From Candidatus Micrarchaeota archaeon (lineage in GTDB: Archaea; Micrarchaeota; Micrarchaeia; Anstonellales; Bilamarchaeaceae): 34,611 nucleotides of DNA. The DNA lies in assembly GCA_964479815.1 (NCBI GenBank), contig CAYZNP010000001.1:1-34611 (forward strand). Reading direction: 5' to 3'. Below the pieces are notes generated by a model. It was not told the DNA's origin and did no database searches. It saw only the letters and a list, made by a program, of their open reading frames with translations. The translations under genes and the position numbers were made by a program. Below are positions 23,572 through 31,924 of the stretch, piece by piece; the first letter of the stretch is position 1; each line of letters starts with the position of its first letter.

Positions 23572-24870
23572 ATGAAGCTGAACACGGACTTTTCACGGAG
23601 CACTGAACTGCTGAAGAAGGCAAAGGAGCTCATACCCACGGCGTCGCAGACCTACAGCAAAAGCTACATGTATTTCTGCGAGGGCGCCGCGCCTGCGTTC
23701 ATGGAACGGGGGAATGGTGCAAGGGTGTGGGACGTGGACGGCAACGAGTACGTGGATTTCGTGCTCGGCCTCGGTGCCATAACCGTCGGCTACAACAACC
23801 CCACCGTCAACGCGGCAATCAAGCGCCAGCTTGCGAAGGGAATCTCATTCTCCCAGCCCAGTCCAGTGGAGGTGGAACTGGCCCTGAAGCTCACCCAGAT
23901 AATCCCCTGTGCCCAGATGGTCAAGCTCGTGAAGAACGGCTCGGACGCGACTTCGGCTGCAGTGAAGCTGGCACGGGCACACACCGGCCGGGACATGGTG
24001 CTCTGCTCCGGCTACCACGGCACAGGAGACTGGTACATCGGCACAACCACCAACAGCCGCGGCGTCCCTGAGGGCGTGAAGAAATTCACGGCAACATTCA
24101 AGTACAACGACATCGAGGGCCTCAAGGCCGTGTTCGCCAAATACCCCGGCCAGGTCGCGGCAGTGATACTCGAGCCCATGCAGGGGGACGGCCCCGCGCC
24201 CGGCTACCTGGAGGCGCTCAGGCAGCTCACCCACGAGAACGGCGCGCTCCTCATATTCGACGAGGTCGTTTCAGGCTTCAGGATGGGCATCGGCGGCGCG
24301 CAGGGCCATTTCAAGGTGACGCCGGACCTGTCCGCTTTCGGGAAAGGCATGGGGAACGGGATGTCCATATCAGCGCTCGTGGGCCGCAGGGACGTGATGA
24401 AGCTCATAGACGAGGGCGTGTTCATATCAAGCACTTTCGGGGGCGAGGCGCTCGCAATAGCAGCTTCGCTTGCCGCCATAGGGCTCCTTGAGAAGCCTGA
24501 AAGCTTCAGGCACATCTGGGCTCTGGGCGAACGCTGGACCGCTGGCGCCCGCAGGCTGGTCGCGGAGAAGGGGCTGGCCGGGGCGGCAAAGGTCACCGGC
24601 GCGCCGCCGCACTGCGGCATGGAGTTCTCTGACAGCGGAAATCTGTCAAAGGCAGACCTGCTGTCCGTCTACCAGCAGGCTGTCATAGCCCGGGGCATAC
24701 TCACCACCGGCATAAACAATTTCTGCCTCGCGCACACAGCCGCGGACATCGACCTCTACCTGGAGGCCGCGTCAGCGGCCCTGGACGACGTGAAAAAGGC
24801 TCTTGACAAGGGAAGCACTGAAGGCATCCTGCGCGGCCAGAAAATCAGGCCGGTATTCAAGAGGCACTAG
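23572..24870 (+). CDS. Class-III PLP-dependent aminotransferase (glutamate-1-semialdehyde aminomutase-like)
   Basis: VKNGSDATSAAVKLAR, LIFDEVVSGFRMG, and AFGKGMGNGMSISA (PLP-lysine region). GAGGAG Shine-Dalgarno. 432 aa. Confidence 0.8.
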   Translation: MKLNTDFSRSTELLKKAKELIPTASQTYSKSYMYFCEGAAPAFMERGNGARVWDVDGNEYVDFVLGLGAITVGYNNPTVNAAIKRQLAKGISFSQPSPVEVELALKLTQIIPCAQMVKLVKNGSDATSAAVKLARAHTGRDMVLCSGYHGTGDWYIGTTTNSRGVPEGVKKFTATFKYNDIEGLKAVFAKYPGQVAAVILEPMQGDGPAPGYLEALRQLTHENGALLIFDEVVSGFRMGIGGAQGHFKVTPDLSAFGKGMGNGMSISALVGRRDVMKLIDEGVFISSTFGGEALAIAASLAAIGLLEKPESFRHIWALGERWTAGARRLVAEKGLAGAAKVTGAPPHCGMEFSDSGNLSKADLLSVYQQAVIARGILTTGINNFCLAHTAADIDLYLEAASAALDDVKKALDKGSTEGILRGQKIRPVFKRH

Positions 24871-25677
24871 TCAGATCTTGTATCTTGGCCTGCGTGGCAC
24901 CTGCACCGTGTAGAATTCGGGCTCGCGGACGTTGATTCCCGCGCTTTTCATGAAGTTCTTCGCCTTGGTCGTGCTCTGCTCTGAATAATGGAAGATGTTG
25001 GCCGCGGACACGGCATCGGCCTTCCCTTCCGCGATGCCATCCACCAGATGCTGCCAGTCGCCCACGCCACCGGACGCTATCACCGGTATGTCGACCGCTT
25101 CAGACACACTCCTCACAAGCCCAAGGTCGTAGCCCTTCCGCATGCCGTCGTTGTCTATGGAAGTGAGGAATATCTCTCCTGCGCCGCGCTTCTCCGCCTC
25201 CTTTGCCCAGGCCGGAGCCGAAAGGCCGGTGGCCGTGCTGCCGCGGTCTATGAAAACCTCATGCCCGCCCCCGGCGTTCCGCTTGGCGTCGATGGACACC
25301 ACGATGCACTGGTTGCCGAAAACCTGCGCCGCCTCCCTGATGAATTCCGGCCGCCGGACAGCCTCGGTGTTGATGGCCACCTTGTCGGCACCCTCGCTGA
25401 GCAGGGTCCTGATGTCAGCGACGCTCCTCACCCACCCGCCCACGGTCAGGGGCACGAAGCACCTGCTGGACAGTTCCCTGAGGTCCTCGTGGAACTTCCC
25501 CCTGCTCCCCTCCTCACGGGTGACGTTCAGGAGCACTATCTCGTCTATAGCCCAGGTGTTGAAGAAATCCACTGCGGTGTAGGCGTTTCCCACGGAATTG
25601 ACGTGCCTGAAGCCCATGCTCTGGACGAGCATCCCGTCCCGCCACAGGAGGCACGCGATGAGGCGGTGCTTAAGCAT
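24871..25677 (-). CDS. HisF-like cyclase subunit (WbuZ-type) of the N-acetyl-sugar amidotransferase system
   Basis: RLIACLLWRDGMLVQS, the DEIVLLNV motif, PLTVGGWVRS, and VIASGGVG are HisF-fold motifs. Co-located with HisH-like and WbuX-like genes, not with his genes. Confidence 0.8.
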   Translation of the reverse strand: MLKHRLIACLLWRDGMLVQSMGFRHVNSVGNAYTAVDFFNTWAIDEIVLLNVTREEGSRGKFHEDLRELSSRCFVPLTVGGWVRSVADIRTLLSEGADKVAINTEAVRRPEFIREAAQVFGNQCIVVSIDAKRNAGGGHEVFIDRGSTATGLSAPAWAKEAEKRGAGEIFLTSIDNDGMRKGYDLGLVRSVSEAVDIPVIASGGVGDWQHLVDGIAEGKADAVSAANIFHYSEQSTTKAKNFMKSAGINVREPEFYTVQVPRRPRYKI

Positions 25678-26347
25678 CCGTTCCGCCCCCCGCCGGCGTT
25701 TTGCCCGCCTGCCTGCTCTTTTTGGCGTAATCGATGAAATTCTTCAGCAGCCTCAGCCCTGCCTTCTGGCTTTTCTCAGGATGGAACTGCACGCCGAATA
25801 TGTTGCCCTTGCGGATGCTCGCGACCACATCCTCGCCATGCCAGCACGTTGATGAGACGGTGCCTTTCTCGCTTTCAGCCGGCTCAAGGAAATAGCTGTG
25901 GACGAAATAGAATACCGGCCCCGTGCCCAGCCCCCCGAAAAGCACCGGGTCTGCCCGCTCCCGGACCGCCACGTCGTTCCAGCCCATGTGCGGGACCTTT
26001 ATGCGCTGGTCCTTCGGCTGGATTTTCCTCACCACCCCTTTCACCCAGCCAAAGCCAGCGTGCTCGCCGTGCTCCAGGCCGCGCTCCGCGAGGAACTGCA
26101 TGCCCAGGCAGATTCCGAGGTAGGGCTTTTTTTTGCCGATGACTTCGGCACGAAGGGTCTCGAGGAAGCCGGCCTTCTTCAGGTTCGCCATGCCGTCCCC
26201 GAAAGCGCCCACGCCCGGCACGACTATCGCATCCGCAGCGGCGAGTGCGGACGGCTCTTTCACTATGGCCACCTGCTCGCCCAGGGCCTCGAACGCGTTG
26301 GCTATGGAGCGCAGATTTCCCATACCGTAATCAACTATGGCAATCAT
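25670..26347 (-). CDS. HisH-like class-I glutamine amidotransferase subunit (WbuY-type)
   Basis: IAIVDYGMGNLRSI, GICLGMQ (nucleophile Cys), and FGVQFHPEKS. The ATG at 26347 with an AGGAG Shine-Dalgarno is preferred. The track start at 26449 would overlap the upstream gene by 41 nt. Confidence 0.8.
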   Translation of the reverse strand: MIAIVDYGMGNLRSIANAFEALGEQVAIVKEPSALAAADAIVVPGVGAFGDGMANLKKAGFLETLRAEVIGKKKPYLGICLGMQFLAERGLEHGEHAGFGWVKGVVRKIQPKDQRIKVPHMGWNDVAVRERADPVLFGGLGTGPVFYFVHSYFLEPAESEKGTVSSTCWHGEDVVASIRKGNIFGVQFHPEKSQKAGLRLLKNFIDYAKKSRQAGKTPAGGGTDA

Positions 26348-26408
26348 ACCGTTTGCTCCTGCATTGCCGGGCGGCCGCCTGCACGCCGGCTCATCTTCGT
26401 TCTCCTGG

Positions 26409-27680
26409 CTATAGCCAGATGTACTCGCTGTCTTCGGGGACGTGGTCATCCCTTGAGTATTTGGGCTGGTTGTGCGACCTCAGGATGCCGCGGTCCGCGA
26501 CCTGCGGTATCCTCGCCTTCTCAACTCCAGGGTCCTTGACATGGTTCGCGACCGAGTCCAGCACCTTCCATCTGCCGTCGCGGCCCTTCTCCCATATTTT
26601 CGGGTCACGCATGGGCTCCACGCAGCTCATGAACTCCTCCTCGCTCATGCCCACGAACTTCAGGAACAGGTCAAGGTCGCTCGGGCGCACGTGGTCGTAC
26701 TTCTTCACCATCTCTATGCCCTCCTCGCGCGTCATCCTGCCGTGCCGTATGTCGTTGCTCGCGTCGTCGGTGGCCCGGCCATAGCCGAACTTCAGGTACT
26801 TCAGGTAGTCGTGCGCGCCGTTCGCGTGTATGTCGTCCAGCTTGTCGTAAAGATGGTACGTCCGCTCCCTCGACACCGCGGTTTCGAACCCGAATTTCTC
26901 TATCATCATGCGTGTCTGCGCCCTCGCATCCCAGCTGATGTAATTGGACAGGTAGATGCCGCGCACGCCGACCGCTTCTATCTCCTCGTCGCTCGGATAG
27001 TAGAACGGCGCGAGGTCCAGCTTTGTGATGCCTCCGTTGTCCGGGTCGTCGAGCACGTCGTCGGGCTCGAACCCCCGCATGCTGTGCTCCTGCCTCACCT
27101 TCTTGGAGAACTCTATCATATCATCCTGGTTGAACATGCCGACCAGCTCGGCAAAGCCGTGCTCGCCCCAGATGATGAGCGGTATCTTGTACATGACCGC
27201 GGCCTTTATCGGGAACGTCATTATGCCTGCGTGGTAGTGCCAGGTTATGTCACCGACCTTCCTGAGCATGTAGCGCGATATCTTCCTGACCGATTCGGGG
27301 TTCGATGTGAACCTGAGAAGGTCGCAGTTGAACTGCTTCAGCATGTTCGTGAGGTTCCTTATGCCCCTCTTGGTGTTGAAGCCGTGGTTGTAGGTAACGA
27401 ACAGGGGGTTGTAGCCGAGGACGTTCTTGATGAAATATGCCTGGAAGTGGCTGTCCTTGCCGCCGCTCACCGGGATTATGCAATCGTAGGGTGAGCCGTT
27501 CGCCCTGGCCTTCGCGCTGTATTCCTTCAGCAGGCCCTTGAGTATCTGCAGCCTCTCGTCCCAGTTCTGTATCTTCGGCCTGCTCTCCTGGAGCCGGCAT
27601 CCGCTGCACACCCCTTCCTCGTCGAATATGATTGTCGGCTTGGCATTTTCAGGGTAAACGCACCTGGCGCAATATCTCAT
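26409..27680 (-). CDS. N-acetyl sugar amidotransferase (WbuX/PseA/PtmG family, PP-loop ATP pyrophosphatase)
   Basis: N-terminal zinc ribbon CARC...CSGC, the PP-loop IIPVSGGKDSHFQAY, and a size of 423 aa. Gene order with the HisH/HisF-like partners is as in the WbuXYZ acetamidino modules. Confidence 0.8.
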   Translation of the reverse strand: MRYCARCVYPENAKPTIIFDEEGVCSGCRLQESRPKIQNWDERLQILKGLLKEYSAKARANGSPYDCIIPVSGGKDSHFQAYFIKNVLGYNPLFVTYNHGFNTKRGIRNLTNMLKQFNCDLLRFTSNPESVRKISRYMLRKVGDITWHYHAGIMTFPIKAAVMYKIPLIIWGEHGFAELVGMFNQDDMIEFSKKVRQEHSMRGFEPDDVLDDPDNGGITKLDLAPFYYPSDEEIEAVGVRGIYLSNYISWDARAQTRMMIEKFGFETAVSRERTYHLYDKLDDIHANGAHDYLKYLKFGYGRATDDASNDIRHGRMTREEGIEMVKKYDHVRPSDLDLFLKFVGMSEEEFMSCVEPMRDPKIWEKGRDGRWKVLDSVANHVKDPGVEKARIPQVADRGILRSHNQPKYSRDDHVPEDSEYIWL

Positions 27681-27700
27681 GTGCTCACCTGCTTCGCTTC

Positions 27701-27713
27701 ATTAAGAATTATG
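27701..27713 (-). promoter_or_regulatory. TATA-like element (ATAATTCTTAAT on the minus strand) about 27 nt upstream of the ATG at 27680
   Basis: A/T-rich element in the 120-nt spacer. This suggests the amidotransferase trio is its own transcription unit. Confidence 0.35.
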
Positions 27714-27800
27714 CCCGGGATTATGGCCGGTATTGTGCCTCAATCGCATTATCAAGATTGTTCAGCAGTGGTTTTAATCCTTGTTTTCGCCTATGGCCTG

Positions 27801-28427
27801 CTACCTCTCCCCGACAATCACCGCCGAGCGGCCGAATCCTTTCACGAAAATGTTCCTGCCTAGCACCAGGTCCGCCCCCGGCACCCGCAGCACCCGGTAT
27901 GCAGCCGTGGTCCTGAAGCCAGCCCGGGCCAGCAGCCCCTCCCATTCCACAAGGCTCCTCGCATTGCCTGCGGACGCAGGCCCTAGCCCAGCCCCTTCGC
28001 CCGGCGCGTTGGCAAACAGCACGCCGCCCTTCTCCAGGTGGCTGGCAGCGTTCTCCAGGAATTCCGCATGCGATTCCCTGGCGACAAGGCCAAGCGTGCC
28101 GAAGCATGTGATGAGCGCGAACTTCTCATCGAACGGGATTTCCGGGCATTCAGCCTTCTCAAAGCGCATGCCCGGATACCGCTCCCTGCACGTCCTTATG
28201 GCACGGCCTGACTTGTCCATCCCGAAGCATCTTGCGCCCGCCGCGCGGAACCTGGAAAGGAAAAGCCCGAAGCCGCAGCCGACGTCAAGAACTCTCCTGC
28301 CAGCCATCATTTCCGGCCTGATGCCCTCCAGTGCCAGGAGGTCGAGGTTATACCTTGCGTTTGCAGGCTGTGCCCGCTCGTACGTTTCCACATCCCCGGG
28401 CGTTTTGAAATACGCATCTTCAGCCAT
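27801..28427 (-). CDS. Class I SAM-dependent methyltransferase
   Basis: Motif I RVLDVGCGFGLF and post-I FDEKFALITCFG. The ATG at 28427 (MAEDAYF) has GGAG upstream. The track start at 28439 is GTG. Confidence 0.75.
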   Translation of the reverse strand: MAEDAYFKTPGDVETYERAQPANARYNLDLLALEGIRPEMMAGRRVLDVGCGFGLFLSRFRAAGARCFGMDKSGRAIRTCRERYPGMRFEKAECPEIPFDEKFALITCFGTLGLVARESHAEFLENAASHLEKGGVLFANAPGEGAGLGPASAGNARSLVEWEGLLARAGFRTTAAYRVLRVPGADLVLGRNIFVKGFGRSAVIVGER

Positions 28428-28454
28428 GTCAAGGAGCACTCCGCGCCGCCGTTT

Positions 28455-28898
28455 TTAGAGTTCCAGCTCGTACCTTCCGTTTTTCTCCACGAACCCGTTC
28501 TTTATGAAAATCGCGGCCGAGGCCGCGTTGCCCGGTTTCACCCGCGCTATGAGCAGTCTCATGCCCTTCTGCCTTGCAAGGGAGATCACGGCCCCCAGCG
28601 CCCTGGTCCCGATGCCCTGCCCCTGCATTTCCGGGCTCACTATTATGCCAACCTCAAACCCGTCATCCCTCTTATCCAGCCTTGCGAAGCCGATTTTCCT
28701 GCCGCCGAGGACCACCATGAACGAGAGGGCATCCCTGTCCGCAAGCCTTTTCCGCCAGAACTCAGCGTGTTCCCCCCAGGCTATCGGGCCGCCCTGGAAC
28801 ATCGTCTTCCTGACGGCCGGGTCGTTCCTCAGCTCATAGATGAGCCTGATGTCCTCTTCGGAAACCGCCTTCAGCGAAACCTCATTCTCCTTCCGCAT
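28455..28898 (-). CDS. pseH: GNAT N-acetyltransferase, PseH-like
   Basis: LKAVSEEDIRLIYELRNDPAVRKTMF...WGEHAEFW matches the PseH-type N-terminus (WRN-P...EH..F). The QGQGIG acetyl-CoA loop is present. 147 aa. Sits in a pse context. Confidence 0.55.
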   Translation of the reverse strand: MRKENEVSLKAVSEEDIRLIYELRNDPAVRKTMFQGGPIAWGEHAEFWRKRLADRDALSFMVVLGGRKIGFARLDKRDDGFEVGIIVSPEMQGQGIGTRALGAVISLARQKGMRLLIARVKPGNAASAAIFIKNGFVEKNGRYELEL

Positions 28899-28922
28899 CG
28901 ATATTCATCTATGCGGCGGCGG

Positions 28923-28933
28923 TTATAAATTTT
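28923..28933. promoter_or_regulatory. Single shared TATA element (TTATAAATTTT) for divergent leaderless genes
   Basis: Centred about 30 nt from the minus-strand ATG at 28898 and about 24 nt from the plus-strand ATG at 28952. The spacer is 53 nt. Confidence 0.5.
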
Positions 28934-28951
28934 TCCCACGCGTATTCCGGC

Positions 28952-29728
28952 ATGGACTGGCGCCTCATAATATACACCCCTGCCTATAACGTCGCTGATT
29001 CGGTTCCCGAACTGCTTGCCCGGACGAGGAAGTGCGCTGCCGCGCTTGCACGCATCGGCGTCGCGCTGGAATCGCTCATTGTCATAGAGGATGGCAGCAG
29101 CGACGGCACCGCAGCCCTGCTGGACGCCGAGGCACGCAGGACGCCTTTCCTGCGCGTGGTCCACCGGCAAAAGAACCAGGGCCCTGCCTCTGCGGTGCTG
29201 GACGGCATGCGCCGCGCACTGGCTGCCGCAGGCGCAGGCCCGGAAAGGGTGATACTCGTCCGCATGGACGCCGACCTTGAGCACCAGCCCGAGGACATCC
29301 AGAAGGTCATAGCGCCGGTCATTTCCGGCAGAAGCCGGATTTGCGTCGGCTACATAAGGTATGACAACCGCAACGGCCTGCTCTTCAGGATATTCAACGA
29401 ATGGGCAGGGGGAAGCGAGGGGAGGAGGTCCGCCGGGGTTGCGATGCCGCAGTTCTGCCCTGGCTTCCATGCCGTGCGCGCAGACCTTTTCAGGGAGCTT
29501 TTCCCGCAGCTAGAGGCGCAGCTGGACGGGTTCAGGAAACAGACAGGCAAGGAAATGGTCACCCTGGACGTCGCATTGCTTGCCCTCGCCAGGAAATCTG
29601 GCGAGAAGAGTGCCGTGGTGGAGCTGCGGCCGATAGAGGCCAGGTGGATAAAGAAGCAGCCGCTTTCCAAGCTGCTGCGCTACCTAGATATGCACAGGCT
29701 CACCATGCGCTTCCTTGGGGATCGCTGA
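28952..29728 (+). CDS. Glycosyltransferase family 2
   Basis: IIYTPAYNVADSVPELL, VIEDGSSDGT, QKNQGPASA, and VRMDADLEHQPEDI (DxD). 258 aa. Confidence 0.75.
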   Translation: MDWRLIIYTPAYNVADSVPELLARTRKCAAALARIGVALESLIVIEDGSSDGTAALLDAEARRTPFLRVVHRQKNQGPASAVLDGMRRALAAAGAGPERVILVRMDADLEHQPEDIQKVIAPVISGRSRICVGYIRYDNRNGLLFRIFNEWAGGSEGRRSAGVAMPQFCPGFHAVRADLFRELFPQLEAQLDGFRKQTGKEMVTLDVALLALARKSGEKSAVVELRPIEARWIKKQPLSKLLRYLDMHRLTMRFLGDR

Positions 29729-29729
29729 T

Positions 29730-30782
29730 TCATTCAACAAATTCCAACGACATAGGCGTGCCGCGCCTGACCGCCTTCTTGGCTTTCTTCCCAAGCAGCG
29801 ATTCGTAGAATTTCGGATGGAGGCCATGGCCCGGCCGTATGACCCTTATGTTTTCCTTCGTCAGCCTCTCCCCTTCGCGGATGTCTTTCACCGCAAATAT
29901 GGAGCGCATCGCGAAGACGTGGCCTTTCGTTTCCTCCCCCCGCTCATAAGTCGCTTTGCCAAGCTCCTGCTCCGCCTCCCTGACCGCGCCCACCATCGCT
30001 GCGAATTCCTTCGGCTCGAGCGAGAATGCGGCATCCGGCCCGCCCATCTTCCGGTCGAGTATGAAATGCTTCTCTATGACCTTCGCGCCGAGTGCCACTG
30101 CGGCTATGGGCGCGACGGTGCCCGCGGAATGGTCGGACAGCCCTGGCACGACCCCGAAGCGTTCCGCGATGTCCGCTATCGTCCGCAGGTTCATCTCGTC
30201 CGGCGGCGCTGGGTATGCGCTGGTGCATTTCAGGATTATTATCTTGTCGTTGCCCTGGCCGCGTATGGTCTTCACCGCCAGCTCAAGGTCCTCGAGTGTC
30301 GCTACCCCGCTGGATATTATCACCGGCTTCCTTTTCGCCGCCACGTATTTGAGCAGCGGGATGTGGTTGATCTCGAAAGAAGCGATTTTGTATGCGGGAA
30401 CGCCGAGCTTCTCAAGGAAATCGACCGCGGTCTCATCGAAGGGTGACGAGAAGAAGATGAGCCCTTCCGCCTCGGCTTTCTCCTTCAGCTCCGGGAACCA
30501 GTCCCACGGGGTGTACGCCTCTTCGTAGAGGTCATAGAGCGTTTTTCCGGCCCACAGCGTGCCCTTTATCCTGAAATACTCGCTGTCCGCCTTCATGGTG
30601 ATGGTGTTCGGGGTGTAGGTCTGGAACTTGACAGCATCAGCGCCCGCCTTCTTCGCCTCCTCTATGAGCTTCAGTGCGTATTCCTTCTTCTGCAGGTGGT
30701 TGCAGGATATTTCTGCGACCATGAGGCACGGCGCGTTTCCGCCGACCTTCCTCCCGCCGATGGAGACCTCCTTCGCCATCAT
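29730..30782 (-). CDS. pseI: Pseudaminic acid synthase
   Basis: CLMVAEISCNHLQKKEYALKLIEEAKKAGADAVKFQTYTP, SSPFDETAVDFLE, KIASFE, LKCTSAYPAPP, GLSDHS, and EKHFILDR..GGPDAAFSLEP, plus a C-terminal SAF domain. Canonical NeuB/PseI motifs, and the gene is downstream of pseB-pseC. Confidence 0.85.
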   Translation of the reverse strand: MMAKEVSIGGRKVGGNAPCLMVAEISCNHLQKKEYALKLIEEAKKAGADAVKFQTYTPNTITMKADSEYFRIKGTLWAGKTLYDLYEEAYTPWDWFPELKEKAEAEGLIFFSSPFDETAVDFLEKLGVPAYKIASFEINHIPLLKYVAAKRKPVIISSGVATLEDLELAVKTIRGQGNDKIIILKCTSAYPAPPDEMNLRTIADIAERFGVVPGLSDHSAGTVAPIAAVALGAKVIEKHFILDRKMGGPDAAFSLEPKEFAAMVGAVREAEQELGKATYERGEETKGHVFAMRSIFAVKDIREGERLTKENIRVIRPGHGLHPKFYESLLGKKAKKAVRRGTPMSLEFVE

Positions 30783-31921
30783 CGCGCCTCCCTGATGCTC
30801 TCGCCGAGCGCCTTTGCCACGCGCTCCACGTCGCTTTCCTTCATGCCGTAGAACAGCGGCAGGGTGAGTATGCGTGAGAACGCATCCTCCGTGGCCGGAT
30901 AGTCTGCCTCGTGTACCGGGAAATTCTTCCTGTAGTAGGTGAATTTGTAGGCTGGTATGTAATGCACGTTCACGCCTATGCCTTTCTTCCGCATGGCTGT
31001 GAAAACCCGGTCACGGTTCATGCCCCTGTCAAGCAAAACTGTGTAGAGATGCCAGGCGCTTTCAACACCCGGTGCCACGTACGGCGTCGTGACCCCCTCA
31101 GCCTTCCCGAGCGCTTCGTTGTATCCCCGTGCGATTTCCTTCCTGCCCTTTATGAACATGTCAAGCTTTTTCATCTGCGATATCCCCAGCGCGCACTGCA
31201 TGTCTGTTATGCGGTAGTTCCTGCCGAGCATCTTGATGTCGTAGGCGTAGCCGGCATCCGGTCCGAACCGCTCGCGCGCGTTCTTGTCCATGCCGTGATT
31301 GCGGAGCATGCGCAGCTTCTCCGCTAGCGCGCCGTCCTCGGTGCTCACGGCCCCGCCTTCCCCCGTGGTTATGTGCTTGACCGGATGGAATGAGAACGTG
31401 GTCATGCCTGCGAACGTGCCGACCACCCTTCCGCCGTATTTCGCGCCGAGCGCGTGCGCAGCGTCCTCAATCAGGAAAAGGCCCTTCTCCGCTGCGATTT
31501 CACGCAGCGCCTTTATGTCGCAGGGCTGGCCTGCATAGTCAACGTAGATGATGGCCCTCGTCTTCGCTGTGATCCTCTTCCGCACCTGCGCCGGGTCGAT
31601 GTTCAGCGTTTTCGGGTCGATGTCGGCGAATACTGGCTTGCAATTGTTGTAAGCGATGCAGTTTGCCGACGCGGCGAACGTGAAAGGCGTCGTTATGACC
31701 TCGCTTCCGGCAGGAAGCCCGAGCGCAGCGACTGCTATGTCCAGCGCCGCGGTGCCGGAATTCACTGCCACCGCGTGCTTCGCGCCGGTATACGCGCAAA
31801 TCGCCTTCTCGAACTCATCGACCTTAGGGCCGGTCGTGAGCCAGTCGCTCTTCAGGGTCGCTACGACCGCGTTGATGTCATCATCGTCTATGAACTGGCG
31901 GCCGTATGGAAGCTGGTTCAT
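30779..31921 (-). CDS. pseC: DegT/DnrJ/EryC1-family aminotransferase, PseC-type (UDP-4-amino-4,6-dideoxy-N-acetyl-beta-L-altrosamine transaminase)
   Basis: LPYGRQFIDDDDI N-terminus, SGTAALDIA, the EDAAHALGA motif, and FSFHPVKHITTGEGG (PLP-lysine). Positioned between pseB and pseI. Confidence 0.8.
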   Translation of the reverse strand: MNQLPYGRQFIDDDDINAVVATLKSDWLTTGPKVDEFEKAICAYTGAKHAVAVNSGTAALDIAVAALGLPAGSEVITTPFTFAASANCIAYNNCKPVFADIDPKTLNIDPAQVRKRITAKTRAIIYVDYAGQPCDIKALREIAAEKGLFLIEDAAHALGAKYGGRVVGTFAGMTTFSFHPVKHITTGEGGAVSTEDGALAEKLRMLRNHGMDKNARERFGPDAGYAYDIKMLGRNYRITDMQCALGISQMKKLDMFIKGRKEIARGYNEALGKAEGVTTPYVAPGVESAWHLYTVLLDRGMNRDRVFTAMRKKGIGVNVHYIPAYKFTYYRKNFPVHEADYPATEDAFSRILTLPLFYGMKESDVERVAKALGESIREAR

Positions 31922-31924
31922 TAA

